This document shows, one piece after another, positions 1 through 12,509 of a stretch of 64,000 nucleotides of DNA. The notes beneath the pieces are model-generated. The model made no database searches and was not told the DNA's origin. It saw nothing but the letters and a program-made list of their open reading frames with translations. The translations under genes and the position numbers were made by a program. The stretch is taken from the NCBI GenBank assembly GCA_965204435.1, contig OZ241997.1, positions 4,899,212 to 4,963,211 of the forward strand. Direction: 5' to 3'. The stretch's first letter is position 1. Each line of letters begins with the position of its first letter. The DNA comes from Bryobacterales bacterium (lineage in GTDB: Bacteria > Acidobacteriota > Terriglobia > Bryobacterales > UBA6623).

Positions 1-540
1 GGTGATGCCTTTGTGCCGCGGCGCATCGGGGTCCGTGCGCACAAGGAGCCAGATGTAGTCGGCGATCAGCGAATTGGAAGTCCAGATCTTTTGGCCGGTG
101 ATGACATAGTCATCGCCATCGTCGACGGCACGAGTCTGCAACGCCGCCAGATCGGAGCCAGCGTTGGGCTCGGAGAACCCCTGGCACCAGATCTCTTCCG
201 CGCTCAAGATCTTTGGCAGGTAGCGTTTCTTGTGAGCCTCGCTGCCGACGGCGATCAACGCTGGCCCCGCAATCATCAGGCCAATGTTGTTGATGCTCGG
301 AGGGATTCTGGCGCGGGCGGCCTCTTCGTTGAAGATCGCCTGCTCGCGGAAGCCCAGCCCCTGACCACCGTACTCGGCCGGCCAGGTCAAGCCGAGCCAG
401 CCGGCTTCGTGCAGCGTCCGCTGCCAAGCCTTGAGCGCGTCGACGTCGTGCTTGCCAATGCTGGGCGTATTCGCCTCAAGCCATGTGCGAAGGCGTTCGC
501 GGAAGGCAGCTTCCGTAGCCGTGTCTTGAAGTCTAGTCAT
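1..540 (-). CDS. acyl-CoA dehydrogenase, N-terminal part (gene continues past the window edge)
   Basis: The minus-strand ATG at 540-538 opens a frame that stays open to position 1. Translation: MTRLQDTATEAAFRERLRTWLEAN...WPAEYGGQGL...FSEPNAGSDLAALQTRAVDDGDDYVITGQKIWTSNSLIADYIWLLVRTDPDAPRHKGIT, typical ACAD N-terminal and middle-domain motifs. It is absent from the ORF track because it is open-ended. Confidence 0.8.
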   Translation of the reverse strand, partial: MTRLQDTATEAAFRERLRTWLEANTPSIGKHDVDALKAWQRTLHEAGWLGLTWPAEYGGQGLGFREQAIFNEEAARARIPPSINNIGLMIAGPALIAVGSEAHKKRYLPKILSAEEIWCQGFSEPNAGSDLAALQTRAVDDGDDYVITGQKIWTSNSLIADYIWLLVRTDPDAPRHKGIT

Positions 541-801
541 CAGAAACTAGGCCATTGTACACACCAGCGCACCCGCGCTCTGAACGTAGAGGGCTGCGGG
601 CTTCGAGCGGATTTGGATCTGTGCGGCATGCTAAAGTTTGGCTGTGCCACGCCGTCGGCCCAACCCTGCGCTGCCCACCCGCGTCGGCCGATCGGTGCAG
701 GCGCCTCCATCGTTAGCGGACCGTGCCAGCTTGTATCGTCAGCAGGCGCCAGCTGAGGCTGGCGCTCATGCAGCGGGGCTGGATGCGAGTCTGCCGAGCT
801 A

Positions 802-1989
802 ATGGCCTTCCCCCCCATCCCCGCTCCGTCCGTCACCGCCGAGCTGAGCGCGCTGCTCGATCAGGCCCGATTGGCCCTGTGGCGGCTAGAGGGGGCCTTC
901 AGCGCGCATTCGGACGCCTCGGCGTTCGAAACGATGCAACTGCTTCGCGAAGCCGTGCTGTCGTGTCGCATCGAGAGCGAGTCTAGGGGCTTCGCGGCTG
1001 TCCTTGCTGCTGCCGTGGATCCAGATGACGACGAAGCTGGCTCCGACGCGATTGTGCCCGTGCGCTGCCGCCACGCGCTTGAGCGCGGCCTTGCCGAAGC
1101 CCGCGAAGAGCCGCTGACTCTGGACCGCCTGGCCGCTGTTCAAGCAGCGCTGGCCGGGGACGGCGCGACGAACGGGGGACTTTCCGGTCGCGCGAATGGG
1201 GAGCGGGAAGCGAAGTTAGCGGCAGCGCTGGTCGAGTTGGACGAGTTCCTGGCGGCGCAAGGGGGGCTGCCCGACCTGGTGCGTATCGGCATGGCGCAGG
1301 CGCAGCTCGCGCAGCTGCTCCTGACCGGCTCGGAGGACGGTCGCTTGGAGCGTATCGCCGGGCTGGCGATGTTCCGGCGCGTTGGAGTCCCGGGTGCCGC
1401 CGCGCTAGCCATGTCCCCATACTTCCAATCCAGTCGCAGCGAGTACCAGACGCAGCTCCGCGGCCCGATGGCACCGTGGCTGGACTTCTTCGTCAAAGGA
1501 GTGGCCGAATCGGCCACCGAAGCGGCCGTCATGATCCGCCGCTGCGCCGTTCTGGCCCGCGAGCATCGCGAGGCATTATCGGCGGGCTTGGGGCACGCCG
1601 TAGGGCGAGGCCTGCGGGTGTTCGGGCGATTGACGACGGCGCCGGTCGCGACAGTGAGCGAGATTCAGGCCATCACGGGCACCTCGTATGTGGCGGCGAA
1701 CCAGCTCGTCGCGAGGTTCGTGGACATGGGCATCCTGGAAGAGATCACGGGCTACCGCCGCAACCGGCGGTTCCAGTACGGCACATACGTGCGTGTTTTC
1801 GATCCCGACGCGACCACGGCTCCGGAGCGCCCCGCGCCGCGCACCGTTTCCAAGCCGCCACGTCGGCGCACAGTTAGCAAGCCGCGGCCTCGCCGCGCCG
1901 CTAGCAGGCCGAGGCGACCGAGTCCGGCGCCACCCAGCCCTAAGCCTCAGCGACGGCCATCACCGTCCTTTTCCGACCACCTGCTATGA
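802..1989 (+). CDS. Fic-fold-like protein with a degenerate active-site motif, a C-terminal winged-helix and a Pro/Arg-rich tail
   Basis: 395-aa ORF. The N-terminus resembles Fic_N (LREAVLSCRIESES). At the position of HPFxDGNGRxxR it reads LLLTGSEDGRLER. It continues with MSPYFQSSRSEYQTQL...WLDFFVKGV and a wHTH-like ATVSEIQAITGTSYVAANQLVARFVDMGILEE. The tail contains RTVSKP twice. Confidence 0.55.
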   Translation: MAFPPIPAPSVTAELSALLDQARLALWRLEGAFSAHSDASAFETMQLLREAVLSCRIESESRGFAAVLAAAVDPDDDEAGSDAIVPVRCRHALERGLAEAREEPLTLDRLAAVQAALAGDGATNGGLSGRANGEREAKLAAALVELDEFLAAQGGLPDLVRIGMAQAQLAQLLLTGSEDGRLERIAGLAMFRRVGVPGAAALAMSPYFQSSRSEYQTQLRGPMAPWLDFFVKGVAESATEAAVMIRRCAVLAREHREALSAGLGHAVGRGLRVFGRLTTAPVATVSEIQAITGTSYVAANQLVARFVDMGILEEITGYRRNRRFQYGTYVRVFDPDATTAPERPAPRTVSKPPRRRTVSKPRPRRAASRPRRPSPAPPSPKPQRRPSPSFSDHLL

Positions 1990-2766
1990 GGCAGGCGTCT
2001 CCGGAGCGGGTCCCGGGCTTGACTCTGCCTCGCTGGCCGGCAGGCTCGGGTGGGCGAGTTTCCAATCGATCTGTCGCAGGATGGCCAGCAGCATGCGACC
2101 GTCTTCCGGCGCAAGCCGCAGACGGCTCACGAAGCGCCGCAGCTTGCGCGTCCGTTCCTCGATGCCTTCGTCGTGGAGGAACCCGGACTCCTGCAGGATG
2201 GGCATGAGCAGGGAGAGAATTCGCTCGCGGACTCCCGCTGGCACGCTGGCCGGGGTCTGCAGGCTCTCTTGGGGCACCGCGTTGCGGGCGATCGCGTAGC
2301 AGCACACGGCGACCGCTTGACCCAGATTCATCGACGGGCACGCTTCGTCGGTGGGAACCGACAACACCCAGTCGCAATGGCTGAGGTCGTCATTCGAGAG
2401 CCCGAACTTCTCCGAGCCGAACACCACTGCTGCCTTGCGGTCCTCGATGTGCGTCCGGATGGCGTCCCCGCCGGCGGGCAGCCGCCGCTGCACGTGGCGC
2501 TGCTTGCGAGATTCCAAGCCGCTGCAGGCCACCACCAACTCGGCATCGGAGAGTGCTTCTGCCAAGTCGTTCGTAACGCGTGCCTGCTGCATGACCGTGG
2601 CCGCGCCAGCTGAGGATCGCGCCGAGCGGAACGATGGCTCGTAGGGGCGCACGCACCACAGGTCAGCAAACCCGAAGTTGTACATGGCGCGCGCCGCCGC
2701 GCCGATGTTCAGCGAGTTGCGCGACTCAACCAGCACGATCCGGAGGTTGGCCTTCCATGCATCCAT
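1984..2766 (-). CDS. SpoU/TrmH-family RNA 2'-O-methyltransferase (TrmJ-like)
   Basis: 260-aa ORF with LRIVLVESRNSLNIGAAARAMYNFGF, VVFGSEKFGLSNDDL and MNLGQAVAVCCY, which are SPOUT methyltransferase motifs. Confidence 0.8.
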   Translation of the reverse strand: MDAWKANLRIVLVESRNSLNIGAAARAMYNFGFADLWCVRPYEPSFRSARSSAGAATVMQQARVTNDLAEALSDAELVVACSGLESRKQRHVQRRLPAGGDAIRTHIEDRKAAVVFGSEKFGLSNDDLSHCDWVLSVPTDEACPSMNLGQAVAVCCYAIARNAVPQESLQTPASVPAGVRERILSLLMPILQESGFLHDEGIEERTRKLRRFVSRLRLAPEDGRMLLAILRQIDWKLAHPSLPASEAESSPGPAPETPAS

Positions 2767-2784
2767 GCGCTTGCCGCTTCCGGC

Positions 2785-5487
<2,703 letters not shown>

Positions 5488-5863
5488 GGGCTGCTTGCGC
5501 TGCTGCCCGCGCTCAAGGCTCTAAGGGTGGGCGCCTGCGCGGCGACGCGCGTGACGCGGGGTCCAGCTCTGCTCCTTATTGTCCCATCTTCGCTAGATTC
5601 CTTGTCTCGCCCTAAGGTTGCCGATTGGGTCAAGTTTCAACGCCGAAGTGCCGCTGGCGTCGGTTGGCGGCGAAGCGTGGCCAGACTCCTTGCTGCAAGT
5701 CTCTCGCCGCTCGTGCCCTGCGCGGGCGGGCGAAGCCCGGCGTTGCGCTGGCAACAGCGACACGATCAGCTCGCCAGCCGGGCGGCCCCGGCCAGTCCTG
5801 GCACGGCGGCTGTATACTCAGCACCGTAGGCGTTCACGCTCGGTTGCGTGCCGCAGATCAACG

Positions 5864-6667
5864 ATGGCCTCCATTGAAACCCAACTTCCAGCGCTGAAAT
5901 CGCCCAGTGCCATCGCGCTGGCGCCGGAGCCCGACGAAGTCGAGTACCCGGAGGGGAATTGGATCGCGCAGAGCGTGGAGCACGGCAACGCCGTGCAACA
6001 GGCCACGACGGCCTTGCGCCACTACTTCCGCGAGCGCGCAGGCGTGCTGGTGGCCATGGAACTGCTGGTGTACTACCAGCGCGGCAACGTCAAGGCTCAG
6101 CTGCAGCCGGATCTGCAAGTGGTGTTCGGGGTAGAGTACCGCCCAAACCGCGGTTCGTACCGGATCTGGGAAGAGGGCAAGCCGCCAGACTTCGCGCTGG
6201 AGGTGGCGTCGCCGTCGACGGCGAAGAACGATGCCGAGCACAAGGCGCGGGAATACGCTCGGATCGGGGTTCGCGAGTATTGGCGGCTGGACCCGGCAGG
6301 GACCTTGATGGAGACTCCCTTGGAGGGCTACGAGATCAACGCGGGACAGTCTAAGCCGGTGCGGCCGGCGGCAGGCACGGGCGGTGTGTTGCGGAGCCGG
6401 GTGCTGGGGTTGGATCTGCGCAGCGAGAGGCAGGCTGGGACGACGGTCGTGGTGTTCATTGACCCGCACACGGGGGAAGAATTCGATGGCAGCCTGGAAG
6501 CAGCCGAGCGCGACAAGCAGGAATTACAACAGCGAGTCAGAGCAGCCGAGCAGGACAAGCAGGAATTACGGCAGCGAGCGATTCAGGCAGAAGAGAGAGC
6601 GCAGGCGCTGGAGGAGCGACTCCGGTCTCTGACGGCCCATGCTCCTCCGCCGGAACGCGGCCCCTAG
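5864..6667 (+). CDS. Uma2-family (DUF820) endonuclease with a C-terminal coiled-coil repeat
   Basis: Internal ATG at 5864 of ORF 5618-6667. PDLQVVFGV...PDFALEVASPSTAKNDAEHKAREYARIGVREYWRLDP matches the Uma2/PD-(D/E)xK pattern. The region upstream of 5864 is Arg-rich and looks non-coding. Confidence 0.75.
   Translation: MASIETQLPALKSPSAIALAPEPDEVEYPEGNWIAQSVEHGNAVQQATTALRHYFRERAGVLVAMELLVYYQRGNVKAQLQPDLQVVFGVEYRPNRGSYRIWEEGKPPDFALEVASPSTAKNDAEHKAREYARIGVREYWRLDPAGTLMETPLEGYEINAGQSKPVRPAAGTGGVLRSRVLGLDLRSERQAGTTVVVFIDPHTGEEFDGSLEAAERDKQELQQRVRAAEQDKQELRQRAIQAEERAQALEERLRSLTAHAPPPERGP
6500..6583 (+). repeat. 42-bp tandem duplication (2 units) inside the Uma2 gene
   Basis: Unit 1, 6500-6541: gcagccgagcgcgacaagcaggaattacaacagcgagtcaga. 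Unit 2, 6542-6583: gcagccgagcaggacaagcaggaattacggcagcgagcgatt. They encode AAERDKQELQQRVR / AAEQDKQELRQRAI. Confidence 0.9.
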
Positions 6668-6973
6668 AGCCGAGGCGCCGTTTCGCAAGGTTGCCCCCTA
6701 TCGTGGGGATGCGTGTAGCTGCCTCGAGATGCTTGGGCTCGTACCTGCAACCTTCCGCCTGGTCCCGCAACCCACAAGCCTCGTGTTTAGGGCGTCGATG
6801 ATCGAGGTCGGTCTCCGATGATTCCATGGCTCGCCTCGTTGGTCTGAAGTGGGCCTCGCCAGGCTTGGTTGCGGGCAGCGCGGCTCGAACTCGCCATGGG
6901 GTGCGGGTGTCAGAATCGATGTCTGGGCGCGCCTGCCCGAACGGTTATGATGGGGGTTTGCGCGGGCCTAGAT

Positions 6974-7945
6974 ATGTCTTCAGCAAGCGATAGGTCCGTA
7001 CTACTGCTCAAACCGCGCGGATTCTGCGCCGGCGTCGTTCGCGCGATCGATATCGTCGAGCTAGCCCTGCAGGCCTACGGGCCGCCGATCTATGTGCGCA
7101 AGGAGATCGTCCACAACCGAAATGTTGTGCGCGAGCTCGCCTCGCGCGGCGCGATCTTCGTGGATTCCGTTGACGAAGTGCCTTCCGGCGCGCGCTTGGT
7201 CTTCAGCGCGCATGGCGTGGCCCCGTCGGTGCGGACGACCGCGGCCGAGCGGAACCTGAGGGTCATCGACGCAACCTGTCCGCTCGTCACCAAGGTCCAT
7301 CTCGAAGCCATCAAGTTCGCCAAGGCGCACTGCACGATCCTGTTGGTCGGGCACCGCGATCACTGTGAAGTGATCGGCACGGTCGGCGAGGCGCCCGGCC
7401 AGACGATCGTGGTTTCCTCGCCGGAGGAGGCTGCGTCAGTGCAGGTGCCGCCTGGGAGTGTCGCCTACCTCACGCAGACCACGCTCAGTCTTGACGAGGC
7501 CAACTCCATCATCGACGTGCTCAAGCGGCGATTCCCCCGCATTCAGGCGCCTCCGGCCAAGGACATCTGCTACGCCACCGAGAACCGCCAGATGGCGGTC
7601 AAGAAGATCGTGCCGAAGGCGGATCTCCTGCTGGTCGTGGGATCGCAGAACAGTTCCAATTCGCGCCGCATGGTCGAAGTCGGCCAACAGCGGGGCCTGC
7701 CCGGTTACCTGATTGACGACGAGAGCGAAATCGTCTGGGAGTGGCTGGAGGACGCGCGGACTGTCGCAGTTAGCGCCGGAGCTTCGGCGCCTGAGTCTCT
7801 GGTCCAAAGAGTGGTGCGCCGCTTGACTTCGATGGGCTTCCAAAGGGTCGTGGAGGTCGAGGCGATCGAAGAGAATGTTCACTTCCCGCTTCCTCCGGAG
7901 CTGCGGGGGGTTCAGCCTCTCACTCAGATCTCCGCTAGCCCGTGA
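6974..7945 (+). CDS. ispH: 4-hydroxy-3-methylbut-2-enyl diphosphate reductase
   Basis: ORF 6869-7945. From ATG 6974: LLLKPRGFCAGVVRAIDIVE, FSAHGVAP, IDATCPLVTKVH, VGHRDHCEV, TQTTLS, ICYATENRQ, SSNSRRM (LytB/IspH signatures). The exact start is uncertain. Confidence 0.9.
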   Translation: MSSASDRSVLLLKPRGFCAGVVRAIDIVELALQAYGPPIYVRKEIVHNRNVVRELASRGAIFVDSVDEVPSGARLVFSAHGVAPSVRTTAAERNLRVIDATCPLVTKVHLEAIKFAKAHCTILLVGHRDHCEVIGTVGEAPGQTIVVSSPEEAASVQVPPGSVAYLTQTTLSLDEANSIIDVLKRRFPRIQAPPAKDICYATENRQMAVKKIVPKADLLLVVGSQNSSNSRRMVEVGQQRGLPGYLIDDESEIVWEWLEDARTVAVSAGASAPESLVQRVVRRLTSMGFQRVVEVEAIEENVHFPLPPELRGVQPLTQISASP

Positions 7946-8087
7946 TCGGCGCTGCGCGTGCGCGGGGACCGGAGCCGTCGCGTCCGCCCTCTGGCCTCGT
8001 TGAGGCGCGGTTGCGAGCGCACCGGCTGCTATGTTCCACTAAGGTCTTGCGCCCCTCCACGCTCCGATAGCGAGGCCCGCCGCATCC

Positions 8088-8711
8088 ATGCCTGATACCC
8101 CCAATTCGGACGACAAGCCACGTCCGGCACCGCGCCCTCGCCCGCCGGCGGCCGCAGGTGCCGACCGTCCAGCCCGCAGGCCTGCGCCCAAAAAACCCGC
8201 GGAGATGCCCTGCGAGCCTTGGGAGGGCGACCTGCCCGCCGCCCTGCAGGATCGATTCGGCGAGCGCCTCGGCAGGGTCGTGCTGCTGGGCGGGCAGAAG
8301 CTCTTGGTGGCTGACATCGGGGCGGCGCTCGAGGTCCTCTCCTGCCTCAAGCAGGAGCATGGCTTCGACTACCTCGTGGACGTGACCGCTGTCCACTGGC
8401 CGGACAAGCCCGAGCAATTCGAGATCGTCTGGACGCTCTACTCGTACTCGGCCAACGAGCGCGTCCGGCTCAAGGCGGCGCTGGCCGAGGGCCAGCCGGC
8501 CCCCAGCGTCACGGCTCTTTACAGTTCCGCAAACTGGCTCGAGCGCGAGGTCTACGACATGTTCGGCATCGAATTCAAGGATCACCCCGACCTGCGGCGC
8601 ATCCTGATGCCGGACGAATGGGAGGGCTTCCCCCTGCGCAAGGAGTACGGCATCGTGCAGCAGGATTCCGATTGGGTTCGCGAGAACCTCAAGATCGAGA
8701 GCGCTCAGTAA
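8088..8711 (+). CDS. nuoC: NADH-quinone oxidoreductase subunit C
   Basis: 207 aa with [14 protein letters not shown]...FEIVWTLYS...[40 protein letters not shown]. It has a roughly 40-aa Pro/Arg/Ala-rich N-terminal extension. Its stop overlaps the nuoD start (TAATG). Confidence 0.9.
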   Translation: MPDTPNSDDKPRPAPRPRPPAAAGADRPARRPAPKKPAEMPCEPWEGDLPAALQDRFGERLGRVVLLGGQKLLVADIGAALEVLSCLKQEHGFDYLVDVTAVHWPDKPEQFEIVWTLYSYSANERVRLKAALAEGQPAPSVTALYSSANWLEREVYDMFGIEFKDHPDLRRILMPDEWEGFPLRKEYGIVQQDSDWVRENLKIESAQ

Positions 8712-9853
8712 TGGCAGAGACGACACTCGCCCCGCCCGAGGTCCAGGCAGAGACCCTGCTGGACAGCAACGAGCTGGTCCTCAACATGGGGCCGCAGCAT
8801 CCCTCCACCCACGGCGTCCTGCGCGTGATCTTGAAGCTGGACGGCGAGACGGTGCTCGGCACCGATTGCGTGATCGGCTACCTGCACCGCGGCGTGGAGA
8901 AGATCGCGGAGAACCGCACCTTCCAGCAGTTCGCGCCCTACGTGGACCGCATGGACTACGTGGCGGCCGTGTCCAACGGGCTCGGCTACTGCATGGCCGT
9001 CGAGAAGTTGCTCGACGTCGAGATCCCGCCGCGAGCCCAGGCTGTGCGCGTGATCCTGACCGAGCTCAACCGTCTCGCCTCGCACCTGCTCTGGCTCGGG
9101 ACCCACGCCCTCGACATCGGTGCCATCACGCCCGTCTTCCTATGCTTCCGCGAGCGGGAAGAGGTCCTCAAGATCTTCGAGAACTACTGCGGCGCGCGCT
9201 TGACCACGCACGCCTTCCGCATCGGCGGGCTGCAGTACGAGACCTACGACACTTTCGAGAAGGAGTGCTTGAAATTCTGCGACCTGATGGAGCAGAAGCT
9301 CAAGGAGTATCACGACCTGCTGACCGGAAACCGCATCTGGGTCCGGCGCACCAAGGGCGTCGGCATCCTCAACGCGGCCGACTGCAAGGACTACGGCGTC
9401 ACCGGGCCTCTGATCCGCGCGGCCGGCGTCGAGTGGGACCTGCGCAAGGCGCAGCCGTACTGCGGCTACGAGAACTACGACTTCGACATTCCGACCGCCG
9501 AGACGGGCGACACCTTCGACCGGTACATGGTGCGGATGGAAGAGATGGTCCAGTCCTGCCGCATCATCCGTCAAGCGGTCGACGCCCTGCCGGAGGGCCC
9601 GATCAAGGGCAAGGTGGGCAAGGTCATCAAGCCCCCGCCGGGCGAGGCCTATGTCTCGATCGAGGCGCCCAAGGGCGAGCTCGGGTATTACGTCGTCAGC
9701 GATGGCTCGCTAAATCCCTACCGCGTGCGAGTGCGCCCCCCTTCCTTCGTGAACCTGGGAGCGCTAGACAAGATGTGCCGGGGCAGCTTGGTGGCTGACG
9801 TGGTTGCCATCATCGGGACCATCGACATCGTGCTGGGCGAGGTGGACCGCTAG
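8711..9853 (+). CDS. nuoD: NADH-quinone oxidoreductase subunit D
   Basis: ATG at 8711 inside ORF 8618-9853. [55 protein letters not shown]. Confidence 0.95.
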   Translation: MAETTLAPPEVQAETLLDSNELVLNMGPQHPSTHGVLRVILKLDGETVLGTDCVIGYLHRGVEKIAENRTFQQFAPYVDRMDYVAAVSNGLGYCMAVEKLLDVEIPPRAQAVRVILTELNRLASHLLWLGTHALDIGAITPVFLCFREREEVLKIFENYCGARLTTHAFRIGGLQYETYDTFEKECLKFCDLMEQKLKEYHDLLTGNRIWVRRTKGVGILNAADCKDYGVTGPLIRAAGVEWDLRKAQPYCGYENYDFDIPTAETGDTFDRYMVRMEEMVQSCRIIRQAVDALPEGPIKGKVGKVIKPPPGEAYVSIEAPKGELGYYVVSDGSLNPYRVRVRPPSFVNLGALDKMCRGSLVADVVAIIGTIDIVLGEVDR

Positions 9854-9861
9854 GACTGGCC

Positions 9862-11055
9862 ATGGAACAACTGCTCGCGAACCCCTACGTGCCGCCCCTG
9901 ATCCTGACGGCGGTGATCATTCTCGTGTTCCCGCTGATCGCGGGCTACATCGTGCTCGCCGAGCGCAAGGTGCTTGCCGACCTGCAGGTCCGGCTGGGGC
10001 CGATGCGGGTCGGTCCGTACGGCGTCCTGCAGCCGCTGGCCGACGCTCTCAAGCTCATGCTCAAGGAGGACGTCATCCCGTCGAAGTCCGACAAGTGGAT
10101 CTTCTGGCTGGCACCGGTGCTGTCGACCTTCACCGCCCTGTCTGCCTTCGCCGTCCTGCCCTTGAGCGACAGGTTCTTCGTGGCGGATGTCAACATCGGC
10201 ATCCTGTTCATCCTGGCGATGTCCTCGATCGGTGCCCTGGGGCTGATCCTGGGAGGGTGGTCGGCGAATTCGAAGTACTCGCTGATGGGCTCGCTGCGCG
10301 CCGCGGCACAGATGGTCAGCTACGAGGTGCCGCTGGGATTCGCGACCGTGACCGCCATCATGTGCGCCGGCACGCTCTCGATGCAGGGCGTGATCGCCTC
10401 GCAGTTCGAGCGCGGCGTGTGGGGAGCGTTCGACAACTACGGCCTGATGCTGATCCCCACCGTGCTGTTCATCATCGCCGGCACCGCCGAGACCAACCGC
10501 GCGCCGTTCGACTTACCGGAAGCCGAGTCCGAACTCGTGGCCGGCTTTCACACTGAGTACTCCGGCTTCCGCTGGGCCCTGTTCTTCTTGGCCGAGTACG
10601 CCGCCATCGTGGTCATCAGCGCGCTCTGCGTGACGCTCTTCTTCGGTGGCTGGCTGCGCCCGTTTCCGAACGTTGCCGCCTTGGAGATGCCGCTTAACAC
10701 GCTTTTCCCGGCCGGGCTGTTCGCCCTCATCGCCCTGGGCTGCTCTAAGGGGGTATTCCGCCAATTCCTGGTCGGCTTTCGCCTCGTGATGGCCGCTCTG
10801 ACCGGACTGTTTCTGCTGGTGGCCGCGGCGTTCGTCCTGCCGGTCGTCAACGAGCTGATGATCGGGCTGTTCTGGTTCGCGTTCAAGCTCGCGGCGATGG
10901 TCTACCTGTTCATCTGGTACCGCGGCACGTTCCCGCGGTTCCGCTACGACCAGCTCATGGATGTCGGCTGGAAGTGGCTGATCCCGATCAGCATGTTCGG
11001 CCTGATCCTCAACGCATTCGCGCAGCTAATGGGCCGCGGCTATGGACTGGACTGA
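9862..11055 (+). CDS. nuoH: NADH-quinone oxidoreductase subunit H
   Basis: 397-aa polytopic membrane ORF with AERKVLADLQVRLGPMRVGPYGVLQPLADALKL and TNRAPFDLPEAESELVAGFHTEYSG. Confidence 0.95.
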   Translation: MEQLLANPYVPPLILTAVIILVFPLIAGYIVLAERKVLADLQVRLGPMRVGPYGVLQPLADALKLMLKEDVIPSKSDKWIFWLAPVLSTFTALSAFAVLPLSDRFFVADVNIGILFILAMSSIGALGLILGGWSANSKYSLMGSLRAAAQMVSYEVPLGFATVTAIMCAGTLSMQGVIASQFERGVWGAFDNYGLMLIPTVLFIIAGTAETNRAPFDLPEAESELVAGFHTEYSGFRWALFFLAEYAAIVVISALCVTLFFGGWLRPFPNVAALEMPLNTLFPAGLFALIALGCSKGVFRQFLVGFRLVMAALTGLFLLVAAAFVLPVVNELMIGLFWFAFKLAAMVYLFIWYRGTFPRFRYDQLMDVGWKWLIPISMFGLILNAFAQLMGRGYGLD

Positions 11056-11080
11056 GTGCGATAATTAGCGGAGACGACCG

Positions 11081-11536
11081 ATGGCCAGCCTGATCAAGAC
11101 CTTCCTGTTGACCGACCTGCTCAAGGGCCTTTGGACGACCTTCAAGAACCAGAAGCCGTCGAAGGTTGTCACGGAGCAGTACCCTCTCAACCGGCCGCCG
11201 GTCGCGGAGCGCTACCGCGGGGCTCCCCGGCTCAACACGCACCCGGAGACCTCCGAGACGCTGTGCATCTCCTGCAACCTCTGCGCGCTGGCCTGTCCGG
11301 AGCAGCTGATCGTGGTCACTTCCGAGCGCAACCCCGAGACCAAGCGCAAGGATCTGACCACCTTTACCTACGACGTTTCGCGCTGCATGTTCTGCGGCTT
11401 GTGCGAGGACGCCTGCCCGGTCGACGCGCTCGAGCTGACGCAGGACTTCGAACTTGCCACGTACACCCGCGAGGGCCAGATCTGGGATCGCCAAATGCTG
11501 GAAGAGGGGCCGCTGCCGGTGCGCTATACGCACTGA
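11081..11536 (+). CDS. nuoI: NADH-quinone oxidoreductase subunit I (2x[4Fe-4S])
   Basis: 151 aa with two ferredoxin motifs, CISCNLCALACP and CMFCGLCEDACP. Confidence 0.9.
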   Translation: MASLIKTFLLTDLLKGLWTTFKNQKPSKVVTEQYPLNRPPVAERYRGAPRLNTHPETSETLCISCNLCALACPEQLIVVTSERNPETKRKDLTTFTYDVSRCMFCGLCEDACPVDALELTQDFELATYTREGQIWDRQMLEEGPLPVRYTH

Positions 11537-11635
11537 CGCGCGCCGTCCGGGCGTCCCGTCGCAGGGCGGGGGGGCAGTTCGGGCAGGTGATATGCTGTAG
11601 GGTTCATATTCCCGCCAAGCTTGCGCTGACCACTC

Positions 11636-12169
<534 letters not shown>

Positions 12170-12187
12170 CCGGGCGGTCCACACACC

Positions 12188-12496
12188 ATGCTGGAAGTCA
12201 CCACTTCGCACTATGTCGTGCTGAGCACCCTGCTGATGCTGATCGGCGTGATCGGCATCCTGATCCGGCGCAACATTCTGGTGCTGCTGATGTCGGTCGA
12301 GCTGATCCTCAATGCCGTCAACATCAACCTCGTGGCGTTCTCGGCCGCGCTGCAGCAGGTGCACGGCCAAGTCTTCTCGATCTTCGTCATCACCGTCGCT
12401 GCCGCCGAGGCGGCGGTCGGCCTAGGCATATTGATCGCCCTGTTCCGCAACAAGCAAACCGTCCACGCCGACGAGATCGACCTGTTGCGCTGGTAG
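12188..12496 (+). CDS. nuoK: NADH-quinone oxidoreductase subunit K
   Basis: 102 aa with LMSVELILNAVNINLVAFS and ITVAAAEAAVGLGILIALFR. Confidence 0.9.
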   Translation: MLEVTTSHYVVLSTLLMLIGVIGILIRRNILVLLMSVELILNAVNINLVAFSAALQQVHGQVFSIFVITVAAAEAAVGLGILIALFRNKQTVHADEIDLLRW

Positions 12497-12509
12497 GGGA
12501 GAGGGGCAG

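Noticed and set aside
7935-8726. A 263-aa minus-strand ORF spanning the ispH-nuoC gap.
   Set aside because: It is antisense to nuoC, its composition is Arg/Leu/Pro-rich, and it has no recognisable motifs.
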